Shown: in pieces, positions 52,272 through 61,595 of the stretch
Layout of the letters: each line of letters starts with the position of its first letter
Numbering within the stretch: the first letter of the stretch is position 1
NCBI GenBank assembly: GCA_965277285.1
Contig: OZ255721.1
Location: forward strand, 2,720,001 to 2,784,000
Source of the DNA: Abditibacteriaceae bacterium
GTDB taxonomy: Bacteria; Armatimonadota; Abditibacteriia; Abditibacteriales; Abditibacteriaceae
Direction of reading: 5' to 3'
Length of the DNA stretch: 64,000 bases
The notes under the pieces: generated by a model
What the model was told of the DNA's origin: nothing
The model's database searches: none
Seen by the model: only the letters and a program-made list of their open reading frames with translations
Program-made: the position numbers and the translations under genes

Positions 52272-54119
52272 TTAGTGACCACCGGTAAAGACAACGCGCA
52301 TCACTTCTTCAACCGTTGTCAGACCATCGAGACACTTTTTGAAACCGTCTTCCTGCAAAGTGCGCATGCCGCCAGCGCGCGCCGCTTCCTTCAATTCCGT
52401 GAGCGGCGAGCGACGCACGATCATTTCCGAAAGTTCGTCGTTGATCTTCATCAACTCATAAATGCCCAAACGTCCTTTGTAACCCGTCTGACGGCAACGG
52501 TCGCAACCGCGCCCCTGCCAGAACTTCACTTCGGGATGCAAATCGGGATCGTGACCAAAGCGCAACAGAAGTTCGCGCTGCGGCTTATATTCTTCCTTGC
52601 AACCGGAGCAAATCTTGCGCGCCAGGCGTTGCGCCAATGCGCCCACCAGAGAAGCCGAAATCAGGAACGGCTCGACGCCCATATCGCTCAGGCGCGTCGC
52701 CGTCGAAGGCGCATCGTTGGTGTGAACTGTGGACAGCACAAGGTGACCTGTTAACGCCGCTTGAATCGCAATTTCCGCCGTTTCCAAGTCGCGGATTTCG
52801 CCGACCATGATCACGTCCGGGTCTTGCCGCAAAAACGCGCGCAACGCACTGGCAAAGGAAAGTCCGGCTTTGCGATTGACGTGAACCTGCGAAAGTCCAG
52901 GCAATTGATATTCAACCGGGTCTTCGACCGTCATCACATTTTTCTCGACCGTGTTGATGACGTTGAGAACGGAATATAGCGTGGTGGTTTTGCCGGAACC
53001 AGTCGGGCCGCAAATCATGAAGCAACCGTTCGGCTGATGACAAATATCCAGCAACTGTTCCTGCATATCGGGATAAAGCCCCAATTGATCCAGACCGATC
53101 AAAACCGAGCTTTTGTCCAGAATACGCATGACGACTTTTTCGCCATAAGCCGTCGGGCACGAGTTGACGCGCATATCGTATTCTTTTTCCTGCATCGTGA
53201 TGCGAATGCGCCCGTCCTGCGGAATGCGTCGCTCGGCGATGTTCATTTCGCTCATGATTTTGAGGCGCGAAATCAGCGGCCCCAGAACATATTGCGGAAC
53301 TTTCATTTGCTCGTGCAAAACGCCGTCGATACGATAGCGTACTCGAACGCCCTTGCGCTGCGGTTCAATATGGATGTCGCTGGCGCCGTCTTTAATCGCA
53401 TACATCAAAATCGTGTTGACGATGCGAATAATTGGCGCTTCCTGGCCACCGTCGGCATCAGACTGAACCGTATCGATGTTGCTCGATTCGACGCCCGTGT
53501 CTTCTTTCTTGATTTCTTCTTCTAAGTTGTCACGTTTCGCTTTAACCTTTTTATCGGGGTTGACCTCAACAGGTTTCAGCAAGCCCAACATTTCATCGAT
53601 AGACTCATCGAAACCAGCGTTTTCCGCAGCTTCGGGGCTGAGCGATGTCGAACCGTGTCCATTGCTGCCGTTGCCATTGGTGCTTATCACTGCCAACGCG
53701 CCGCTTCGCAAAGCCTGCACCTGCGTGGGCGGCGCGAGCACAGCGGAAACTTCCAGGCCGGTTTTCAAGCGCATTTCATCGAGCGCGAAAACGTCTTTGG
53801 GGTTAGCCATGGCGACCGTCAACTTTTTGCCGTCGACGCGAACCGGCACGGCTTTGTAGCGTTCCTGCATATCTTCGGGCAACACGCCGCGCGCGCCGGC
53901 ATCGACTTTCGCCGTGCTGAGGTCGAGAAAAGGCACGCCCATAGAGATGGATTGCGCTTCATAGACATCGGCTTCGCTGACGCCGACATCTTGCAAAATT
54001 TTCTCGAGCGAATCCGTAGTCGCCTGCTTGTTTTGCAACGCTGTCGCCGCTTGTTCTTTGGAGATTTTGCCGCGCTCGCCCAAAATCTGGATCAGGGATT
54101 TTTTCTTTTCTGGCGTCAT
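52272..54119 (-). CDS. pilB: Type IV pilus assembly ATPase
   Basis: 'ASDIHIEP', 'PQDGRI', 'GPTGSGKTTT', 'RQDPDVIMVGEIRD', Zn motifs CxxC..CxxC. Confidence 0.95.
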   Translation of the reverse strand: MTPEKKKSLIQILGERGKISKEQAATALQNKQATTDSLEKILQDVGVSEADVYEAQSISMGVPFLDLSTAKVDAGARGVLPEDMQERYKAVPVRVDGKKLTVAMANPKDVFALDEMRLKTGLEVSAVLAPPTQVQALRSGALAVISTNGNGSNGHGSTSLSPEAAENAGFDESIDEMLGLLKPVEVNPDKKVKAKRDNLEEEIKKEDTGVESSNIDTVQSDADGGQEAPIIRIVNTILMYAIKDGASDIHIEPQRKGVRVRYRIDGVLHEQMKVPQYVLGPLISRLKIMSEMNIAERRIPQDGRIRITMQEKEYDMRVNSCPTAYGEKVVMRILDKSSVLIGLDQLGLYPDMQEQLLDICHQPNGCFMICGPTGSGKTTTLYSVLNVINTVEKNVMTVEDPVEYQLPGLSQVHVNRKAGLSFASALRAFLRQDPDVIMVGEIRDLETAEIAIQAALTGHLVLSTVHTNDAPSTATRLSDMGVEPFLISASLVGALAQRLARKICSGCKEEYKPQRELLLRFGHDPDLHPEVKFWQGRGCDRCRQTGYKGRLGIYELMKINDELSEMIVRRSPLTELKEAARAGGMRTLQEDGFKKCLDGLTTVEEVMRVVFTGGH

Positions 54120-54760
54120 GATGAACTCTTTACAGGCATTGTTTTCTGTCGCTGTTTCCTGCTGCGACAGTTGCTAACTGTTCTCAACAACGGAGATCAA
54201 CTCTCAAAACCTAAAACCCAACCTTGAGGCAGAACATCTCGAAAATGTGCGTGAAATGGTTATTGGTTCTTCCAAAACCACTGCAACAGTTTATGGCACC
54301 ACTAACGCTTTCCAAACCGAATAAGCACGAACCAAGGGAAGAACTCGAAAATCGCTTCAAAACGCTGGATAAACGTAAAGCTGTAATAAAAAAGAAGTGT
54401 ACTCGATTGTACTTGCCATAGCGTCGAAACGCAATGCAAGACTGTTTTCTACTGCGTCTTCAACTTCTTGAAGCGCTCATCGGCAGCGCTCAGCGATATG
54501 TCGCAAAAATCGCTTATAAAACAGTTAAAATAGAAAAGTCTTCGCCCAAAGCATCAACAAGTCGCTTATTGTCGCGCCTCGCATTGCAGAAAGGCCGAAC
54601 TAAAGCCTTTTTCCACAGAAGACAACGATTTGACAAACGTGTCCGCGTGCGAGTAGTTCGCCGAATGCGGCACGTTTCAGCAAATTCCATCGCACTACGT
54701 TTCAATTGCCGCTTTCATCGCCGTTTCAAACACCGCTTTCATCGCACGACGGGAGAACTT

Positions 54761-57700
54761 ATGCCACGCCCACGCCTTATCAACTCGGAAACTGCGTCCG
54801 CAGAGCCTGCAGCGGCGGACTTTGAAGAACGACGCAACGAGTACTCGAATCCGCCTGGGCGTCGTTCGCAAATCGCCGAACAAACTACTGAAAATCAATC
54901 GGATTCTTCAACATCGCGGGGAGTTGCTTCCAGACGACGCGCGGCCTCTTCAGGCTCCCATGAAACACGCGCCCTCGACGCAGCATTGCCAAACGATAAC
55001 AATGCCCTTGGCTTCGAGGAAGACGACGATTTTGTGGCGCAAGACGATTTCGCGCGCAAAGGAACGCGTCGCCCTTCGCGCTTGCGCAGCGAACCTTTGC
55101 GCGGCGAGTTGCGCGAAAGTTCGTTAAGAGAAAGTTCGTTGCGCGATGCCGCACGTCGTGCTTCTGCAGCGCAGGGTTCGCGTGATTCCACTTCGCTTGC
55201 AGCTTCCCGCAATGGCGTTTCGAGTACTCGATTGAATCGTTCTTCCACAAACAACGCTTCGTCGAACAATTCTTCCTCCAGTGGCGCGCCGCCACGCCGC
55301 TCTAACAATAAGAATCGCTTGCCCGTTCCGCCTGCGCCGCACACGCCGCGCGCTTTGTGGTACGAAATCGGCGGCGTGTTGTTGCTTGCTTTGGGCGCGA
55401 TGTTGCTGTGGAACTCGCGTTTGGCGACGCCTCACATTCGTGGCGCTTTGCCGCGTCTTTTGCTGGGAGTTTTGCGCTCGTTGTTCGGCATCGGCGCCTG
55501 GGTGGTTCCGCTCGTCTTGTGCGCGTTGGGCGTTTTGTTGATGACGCGCCATCATCGCGCCAATCTGCGCGCCTTTGGTCGCGGCACGCTCCTCGCGTTC
55601 TTGGTTTTGTTGACAGGCGTCCATTTGAGCGTTCCACATGGCCAAGAGTTCAAAGACGACGCGACCCTGATTTCGCACGGTGGACTTTTAGGCGCCGCCT
55701 TGTCGTGGATTTTACGCACGATTGCCGGGCCAGCGGGCGCGATTATTTTCTTGGTCGCGCTGTCAGTTGTCGCCGTTCTGCTATGGAGCGAATTGTCGCT
55801 GGCGCAAACCTTGTCGCGCTTACGCGCCGCCTTGCGCAATCTGCGGTTTTCGCTGCGCTCGCGCTTGTCGCATTCACGTTTGAATGCACGCCACTCGCAC
55901 GAATACGATGAAGATTACGACAATGGAATTGAACAAAGCGATGGCGATTGGCGCGATCCCAAGGAAATCGCTACGCCCGACGAAAACGCTCTCAGAGAAA
56001 ACTCGTCGCGCTCATCTTCGCGCCGTGCCTTGCAAGCGTCTGACACGAATATCGAGTACTCGAATCAGGCGCGTGGTCAAAATACGCCGCGCGTTTCGCC
56101 GTTTTTGCCAGTCGATGAACTGCTGCAAGACGATGCGCCCGCGCCAACTTTTTCGACACCAACTTTTGCGCCGTCACTTGCCACTTTGCAAAATGCGACG
56201 TCCAATGTGGCATCTGCGACGAACGTCGAACCAACGATTGAAAAGCCGCAGGATTTGACGCCCAAAATCGAGTTCACCGATGCGCCGCCGCCCGTTTCTG
56301 TCTTGGAAACGCCGCTCGAAATCGCGCCTCAAGTTGAAGAGGAAATGACGCCGACCGAGAAATTGGAAGCGCAGGCTTTGGCAACAGCGACTTTGGGTAA
56401 AGCGCCGATTCGTCGTCCGCGAATCGAAAAACCGCGTCGTCGTTTTGGCGACGGGCCGCTGATGCCGGAATATTTCGATGACGCGGTGCGCGCGCTCGAT
56501 CCGCCAATTGTGCCCGATTTGGAAGGCGCCGAAGAAGATATTCACGCGGGCGTCAAAGCCGTGACCGAAACCCTCGCTTCCTTCAAAATCGACGCGCGCG
56601 TGACCGATGTCAAACGAGGGCCGGTCATCACGCGCTATGAAGTGCAGCCAGCGCCCGGCGTTCGCGTCGCCGCGATTGCCGCACTCGACCGCGATATGTC
56701 GCGCGCGCTTTCGGCGATTGCCGTGCGCATCGAAGCGCCGGTTCCGGGCAAAGATGTCATCGGCATCGAAGTTCCCAACAAGAAAGTGAATCTCGTTCGT
56801 TTGCGCGATGTTTTGGAGCGCCACGACTTTTTGAGTACTCAATCGAAGCTGTCGTTTGTGCTGGGCAAAGACATCGCGGGCCAGCCGAAATGGGCGGATT
56901 TAACCAAGATGCCGCATATGCTGGTCGCGGGCGCCACGAACAGTGGAAAATCGGTTTGCCTGAACTCGATTATCGCGTCTATTCTCGTCCGCGCTACGCC
57001 CGAAGAAGTGAAGTTTTCTTTGATTGACCCGAAGCGCGTCGAATTGACGCTGTTCAACGGCATCAAGCATCTTTATCATCCGGTTGTGGTCGAGCCGAAA
57101 GATGCCGTCAAAGTTCTGCGCGGCATGATTGCGGAAATGGATCGTCGCTACAAGCGTTTCGCCGAGCGCGGCGTGCGCAACATCGTGTCTTACAACGCGA
57201 AACTCGAAGACGATGAAGCGCCGCTTCCTTATATAGTGATCGTGATCGACGAACTGGCCGACTTGATGATGACCGCCGCCGCCGAGTTCGAGAAGCTGAT
57301 TTGTCGCCTGGCGCAACTCGCGCGCGCAACTGGCATTCATCTTATCGTGGCGACGCAGCGCCCCAGCGTCAACGTCATTACCGGCGTCATCAAAGCCAAC
57401 ATTCCCAGCCGCGTTGCGTTTGCCGTCGCTTCGCAAGTCGATTCGCGCACGATTTTGGATAGCGTCGGCGCCGAGCGTTTAATCGGCAGCGGCGATATGT
57501 TGTTCGATGCCAACAATGGCGGCAAAGCGATTCGCATTCAGGGCGCATTTCTTTCGGAAGACGAAGTGAATCGCGTAGTCGAAGTCGTCAAAGCCGCTTA
57601 CGCCGACGACGAAACGCCGATGGAATACGGCCTGGACATTACGACTGTGACTGAAGACGACGTGAATGAAGCGAACGAGAAAACCGTTGCGCGCAGCGAA

Positions 57701-57910
57701 AAGAAGGACGAATTGTACGACGAGATTTTGGAATATGTGGTGCGCAACACGGAAATGAGCGCCAGCATGATTCAGCGCAAATTTGAAATCGGCTATCCGC
57801 GCGCCGCCCGCATCGTCGACCAGTTCGAGCGCGACGGCGTTCTGTCGCCCGCCAACGGCAGCAAGCCGCGCAAAGTCATCGGCAACGGGCGCGGCGTGGA
57901 AATGAATTGA
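54761..57910 (+). CDS. ftsK: DNA translocase FtsK/SpoIIIE
   Basis: TM block, long linker, 'PHMLVAGATNSGKS', 'IDELADLM', 'ATQRPS', gamma 'IGYPRAARI'; GGAGA RBS before ATG 54761. Confidence 0.95.
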   Translation: MPRPRLINSETASAEPAAADFEERRNEYSNPPGRRSQIAEQTTENQSDSSTSRGVASRRRAASSGSHETRALDAALPNDNNALGFEEDDDFVAQDDFARKGTRRPSRLRSEPLRGELRESSLRESSLRDAARRASAAQGSRDSTSLAASRNGVSSTRLNRSSTNNASSNNSSSSGAPPRRSNNKNRLPVPPAPHTPRALWYEIGGVLLLALGAMLLWNSRLATPHIRGALPRLLLGVLRSLFGIGAWVVPLVLCALGVLLMTRHHRANLRAFGRGTLLAFLVLLTGVHLSVPHGQEFKDDATLISHGGLLGAALSWILRTIAGPAGAIIFLVALSVVAVLLWSELSLAQTLSRLRAALRNLRFSLRSRLSHSRLNARHSHEYDEDYDNGIEQSDGDWRDPKEIATPDENALRENSSRSSSRRALQASDTNIEYSNQARGQNTPRVSPFLPVDELLQDDAPAPTFSTPTFAPSLATLQNATSNVASATNVEPTIEKPQDLTPKIEFTDAPPPVSVLETPLEIAPQVEEEMTPTEKLEAQALATATLGKAPIRRPRIEKPRRRFGDGPLMPEYFDDAVRALDPPIVPDLEGAEEDIHAGVKAVTETLASFKIDARVTDVKRGPVITRYEVQPAPGVRVAAIAALDRDMSRALSAIAVRIEAPVPGKDVIGIEVPNKKVNLVRLRDVLERHDFLSTQSKLSFVLGKDIAGQPKWADLTKMPHMLVAGATNSGKSVCLNSIIASILVRATPEEVKFSLIDPKRVELTLFNGIKHLYHPVVVEPKDAVKVLRGMIAEMDRRYKRFAERGVRNIVSYNAKLEDDEAPLPYIVIVIDELADLMMTAAAEFEKLICRLAQLARATGIHLIVATQRPSVNVITGVIKANIPSRVAFAVASQVDSRTILDSVGAERLIGSGDMLFDANNGGKAIRIQGAFLSEDEVNRVVEVVKAAYADDETPMEYGLDITTVTEDDVNEANEKTVARSEKKDELYDEILEYVVRNTEMSASMIQRKFEIGYPRAARIVDQFERDGVLSPANGSKPRKVIGNGRGVEMN

Positions 57911-58026
57911 AGCCAATTCGAGTACTCGATTTCGACAACGCCGAACGCGTGCAAATGCGTTCGGCTTTGTCGTGTGTGATTTAGTTATACCGACTAAATG
58001 ATTGAACGCCCCAAATTGTGAACGTC

Positions 58027-58100
58027 GTAGGGACGTGCGGCGGCACGTCAGGTATGTAAGCATCGCGCCAATCAACGGACGTGCCGCCGCACGTCCCTAC
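58027..58100. repeat. GTAG-type REP doublet
   Basis: gtagggacgtgcggcggcacgtc...gacgtgccgccgcacgtccctac, perfect 23-bp arms. Confidence 0.85.
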
Positions 58101-58144
58101 ATTTTCGTTTGTAGCGTCCATTTTTTTGTTGCTATAACAACTTG

Positions 58145-59284
58145 CTACAGCAGCGATTCAGCGTGTGCGTTAGAGGGCAGCAAGATGGTGAAAGTCGTGC
58201 CTTTGTTGGCGCCGTCACTTTCGACCGAAATTGTGCCGCCGTGCCGCTCGACCAATTGTTGCGCAATGGACAAACCTAAGCCCAGGCCGCCGCGCATGCG
58301 GTTGTTCTCGTCGTCGCCCTGGACGAACTCGCGGAACGCCAGCGGCAGAAAGTCGCGCTCCATGCCTTTGCCCGAATCGGAAACAGTCAGCTTTTTGTAA
58401 TGATCGCTGTTTTCCAAACCGACCACGACGTGACCGCCTTCGGGCGTGAACTTGATCGCGTTCGCCAGCAAGTTGATCAGAATTTGTTGCAGACGCACTT
58501 CATCGCCCATCACGACATCGTCTTGCGTAGTGATATTGGTGTGCAGCGCAATGGATTTGGCGTTGGCGTCCGGTTGCACGGTCGAAATCGCCGACGCCAC
58601 GCTGGAAATCAGTTGCACGGGCGCCAGATCAATCGAGAGCTTATTGGTGCGAATGCGCTCGATGTCCATCAAATCGTCGGTCAGGCGCGACAAAGCGCGA
58701 ATATTGCGCTCCATCGTCGTCATCGCCATCACGCGCTGCTCGGCGTTCAACGCATCGCGCTGCAACAACGACAGCCAGCCCAAAATCGTCGTCAGCGGCG
58801 TGCGCATCTCGTGCGAAATGACGGACAAAAACTTGTCCTTGGCTCGATTGGCGTCTTCGGCTTGCTGTTGCGCCTGCGCAAGTTCTTCCTTGTCGTGATG
58901 CTGAGCCGTCAGGTCGCGCATGATTTTGACGACGCCGCGCGCCTGGTTTTCCTGGTCGCGCAGGCCAACCATCATACCGCTGCCCCAGAAACGCGCGCCG
59001 CCTTTACGCTGATGCCAGCGTTCGTCCACGGCGCGGCCCGCCGTCAGCGCTTCTTGCAGTTCCTGCTGCGGAACATCGTTCGCTGTGTCTTCAGGCGTGT
59101 AAATCAACGACGACATTTGCCCGATAAACTCGTCCCGCGCGTAACCCAAAACGCGCTCGACGCCCGGATTCCATGTCACGATTTTGCCGGAATTGTCAAC
59201 GGCGAAAATCGCGTAATCCTCGACGTTTTCGAGGAGCAACGCGGCCACTTCTTCCTGGGACAAAAACGACGCGTGTTCCGCCAT
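58145..59284 (-). CDS. PAS-domain sensor histidine kinase
   Basis: PAS 'WNPGVERVLGY', H-box 'SHEMRTPL', 'NLLANAIKFT', 'DSGKG', 'GLGLGL'. Confidence 0.93.
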   Translation of the reverse strand: MAEHASFLSQEEVAALLLENVEDYAIFAVDNSGKIVTWNPGVERVLGYARDEFIGQMSSLIYTPEDTANDVPQQELQEALTAGRAVDERWHQRKGGARFWGSGMMVGLRDQENQARGVVKIMRDLTAQHHDKEELAQAQQQAEDANRAKDKFLSVISHEMRTPLTTILGWLSLLQRDALNAEQRVMAMTTMERNIRALSRLTDDLMDIERIRTNKLSIDLAPVQLISSVASAISTVQPDANAKSIALHTNITTQDDVVMGDEVRLQQILINLLANAIKFTPEGGHVVVGLENSDHYKKLTVSDSGKGMERDFLPLAFREFVQGDDENNRMRGGLGLGLSIAQQLVERHGGTISVESDGANKGTTFTILLPSNAHAESLL

Positions 59285-59357
59285 AATCTCAGCTCCAAAT
59301 GCATTGGATTTCAGCAATCAGAAACTGCAAAACCACAACCGCGATAGTTGCGTTATG

Positions 59358-59427
59358 TGCGAAAACGCGTGTGCGGGAAAGCGTCCGCGAGAACGCGTAT
59401 GCGAAAACGCGTATGCGAAAACGCGTA
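59358..59427. repeat. 5 x 14-bp tandem repeat (TGCGAAAACGCGTA consensus)
   Basis: Units start at 59358, 59372, 59386, 59400, 59414; followed directly by TCGAGTACTCGA. Confidence 0.85.
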
Positions 59428-59467
59428 TCGAGTACTCGATATTGTTTTGCACGACGCGCCAGGCAAT

Positions 59468-60439
59468 TTACAAATCGCCGAAGAAGTTGTAAATGATGTC
59501 GTTGGCGCCGGGCAAACCTTCGTGGCCAAAGTCGGGATAAATCAGCAAATCTTTGGGCGCGCTAATTTTGTTATAAGCCGCGAACTGCGTCGAAGGCGGA
59601 CAAATCGCGTCCATCAGGCCGACGCTCATCAGAGTTTGTGCCCGAATGCGCGGCGCCAGATGCTGATTGTCGATGTAGCCCAAAGCCGTCCAGATTTCGT
59701 TTTCGCGTTGGTGGCGCGGGTCGAAATTGCGAAAATACTGGCGCAACTCTTCATAGGCGCCGCTCGCCAAATCCATTTCCCAGACGCGCTGATAATCGCA
59801 CAAAAACGGATAAACCGGCGCGATTTTCTTGATTGTTGGTTCCAATGCCGCGCACGCCAGAGTTAAAGCGCCGCCCTGCGAACCACCCATCGCACCGACG
59901 CGTGTCGCATCGACTTCGTCGAAACTCATCACCAGTCGCGCGAGTTGTGCGCAATCCAAAAATGTGTTGCGAAACAGCAGCTTTTCGGGTCGACGCTCGA
60001 GCGCGTCATCCAAACCGCGAATGATTTGTCCGTTCAACGTGTTACCGATGGTGCCGCCGACATCTTGCGACTTGCCGGCCTGACCGCGCACATCCAGCGC
60101 CGCGACGCTGAATCCCGCCGCGACGTAATTCAACTTGTCATTCCAATCGCCGCTGCTGCCCGAATAACCATGAAATTGCACAATCGCCGGATGATTTCGA
60201 GTACTCGATTTCGGGCGCAGATACTTGGCGTGAATGCGCGCGCCATTCATTCCTGTCCAGAACAAGTCGAAACATTCGGCAAAAGGAACTTGAAAAGAAG
60301 CCGGACGCAGCTCGATTTGCGGATCAATCGCGTACATTTCCGCTAATGATTTGTCCCAAAACGCATCGAAATCGTGCGGACGAGGATTGCGGCCTGCATA
60401 TCTCAAAAGTTGTTCGAGCGGCATATCGAGCAAGGGCAT
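59468..60439 (-). CDS. Acetylxylan esterase/cephalosporin-C deacetylase (CE7)
   Basis: 'FDAFW', 'FHGY', 'DVRGQ', 'GGSQGG', 'GLMDAICPPSTQFAAYN', 'GHE'. Confidence 0.92.
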   Translation of the reverse strand: MPLLDMPLEQLLRYAGRNPRPHDFDAFWDKSLAEMYAIDPQIELRPASFQVPFAECFDLFWTGMNGARIHAKYLRPKSSTRNHPAIVQFHGYSGSSGDWNDKLNYVAAGFSVAALDVRGQAGKSQDVGGTIGNTLNGQIIRGLDDALERRPEKLLFRNTFLDCAQLARLVMSFDEVDATRVGAMGGSQGGALTLACAALEPTIKKIAPVYPFLCDYQRVWEMDLASGAYEELRQYFRNFDPRHQRENEIWTALGYIDNQHLAPRIRAQTLMSVGLMDAICPPSTQFAAYNKISAPKDLLIYPDFGHEGLPGANDIIYNFFGDL

Positions 60440-60572
60440 AAAGGTTCCTTTGTACAGCGTAAAATAAGATTCGAGTACTCGATTTGGAAAGAGGCTTTTA
60501 TTTTAACGTTCGCTTGTTTTTTATGCTGTCCAAAGCGACATTACAAAAAGCGGCCGAGAACTTAGGTGCAAA

Positions 60573-60812
60573 ATGAATATATTCGGGTTAGGCATTTTTT
60601 AGGCTGCATCGCGGGCGCTTACTTTGGTGCGACTTCCGGTTTGCATCACAGCATTATGTGGGCGGTAGTTGGTGGCGCTGTCGGCGCGTCGGTCGGCTTT
60701 TGCGGCGGTCGGCTTTTGCGGCGGTATAGTAGCGGGAATTTTGTTTATCCTTCCTTTCCAGTTGCTTGCCCCGATCGCCAACAAAGTTGAGAGTATGAAA
60801 AAGAAGCATTAA
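60573..60812 (+). pseudogene. Probable frameshifted small membrane-protein gene
   Basis: ATG 60573 reaches TAG after a T6 tract; 16-bp tandem duplication at 60690-60721; repairing both gives a 74-aa hydrophobic ORF. Confidence 0.4.
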
Positions 60813-60816
60813 GAAA

Positions 60817-61419
60817 TCAGCGCCCGTCGAGAAAATCGCGCGTGACGGACAAGCATTCGCGCGCCGCCATAAACAAACGCGAGCGTGGTTGCGGATTTTG
60901 TGCGGGCGAAGGAAACGCGCGAATGCCGCAATCGCGGAAGTTGCGATGAGCGCGCCACAAATGATACGGTTCGCTGACAACAACGACTCGCGTCCAGCCA
61001 TGAGCGCGACAAATCGCCGTCGCGTTGACGATATTCTCCCACGTCGAATGAGATTGGTCTTCCAGCAGAATCGCGTTTGGCGGCACACCCTGACTTTGCA
61101 AAATTTGCGCGGCGCTTCGCGCTTCGGACGGCGCATGATCGCCGATTGCGCCGGTGCAAATTACAAACGGCGCCAGGCCTTTGCGATACAGCGTCGCCGC
61201 TTGCGTGGCACGTCGTCGCAAACTGTTGCTCGCTTGTCCATCGGCTTTGACGCGCGAACCCAGAACCACAATCGCCTGCGCTTTTTGCGCGCGGTCGGTT
61301 TGCCCATACGAATCGAGGAACGTCATCAACGCGCCGAACAAGGTCAGGCCGCCCAAACTCGCCGCACCAAGATAACAAAAAACGCGTCGCATTTTCCCCA
61401 CAGAGTTGTGCCGTTTCAT
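60817..61419 (-). CDS. YdcF/DUF218 (ElyC/SanA-like) protein
   Basis: 'AIVVLG', 'ICTGA', 'SEA', 'EDQSHSTWEN', 'VSEPYHLWRA'. Confidence 0.9.
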   Translation of the reverse strand: MKRHNSVGKMRRVFCYLGAASLGGLTLFGALMTFLDSYGQTDRAQKAQAIVVLGSRVKADGQASNSLRRRATQAATLYRKGLAPFVICTGAIGDHAPSEARSAAQILQSQGVPPNAILLEDQSHSTWENIVNATAICRAHGWTRVVVVSEPYHLWRAHRNFRDCGIRAFPSPAQNPQPRSRLFMAARECLSVTRDFLDGR

Positions 61420-61502
61420 AACGACAATGGTAATTTGCGCGTCTGAAATCGGCGTTGAAGGCAGAAAGAAATTTACCGCGAAGGACGCGAAGAATCGAGA
61501 GA

Positions 61503-61581
61503 TCGTAGGGGCGTCAGCTTGCTGCGCCCGTTTCGAGTACGCGATTGTAGAAACGGGCGCAGCAAGCTGACGTCCCTACGA
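61503..61581. repeat. GTAG-type REP doublet (family C) with palindrome variant in spacer
   Basis: gtaggggcgtcagcttgctgcgcccgtttc-gagtacgcgattgta-gaaacgggcgcagcaagctgacgtccctac. Confidence 0.88.
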
Positions 61582-61595
61582 ATCCACGTCATTCC

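Noticed and set aside
54434..54760. Upstream N-terminal extensions in the ORF track (ftsK, smc, mqnA, hsdM, hsdS, pilC and others)
   Set aside because: Downstream ATGs match family N-termini and/or have an RBS; the extensions run through repeats or promoter DNA.
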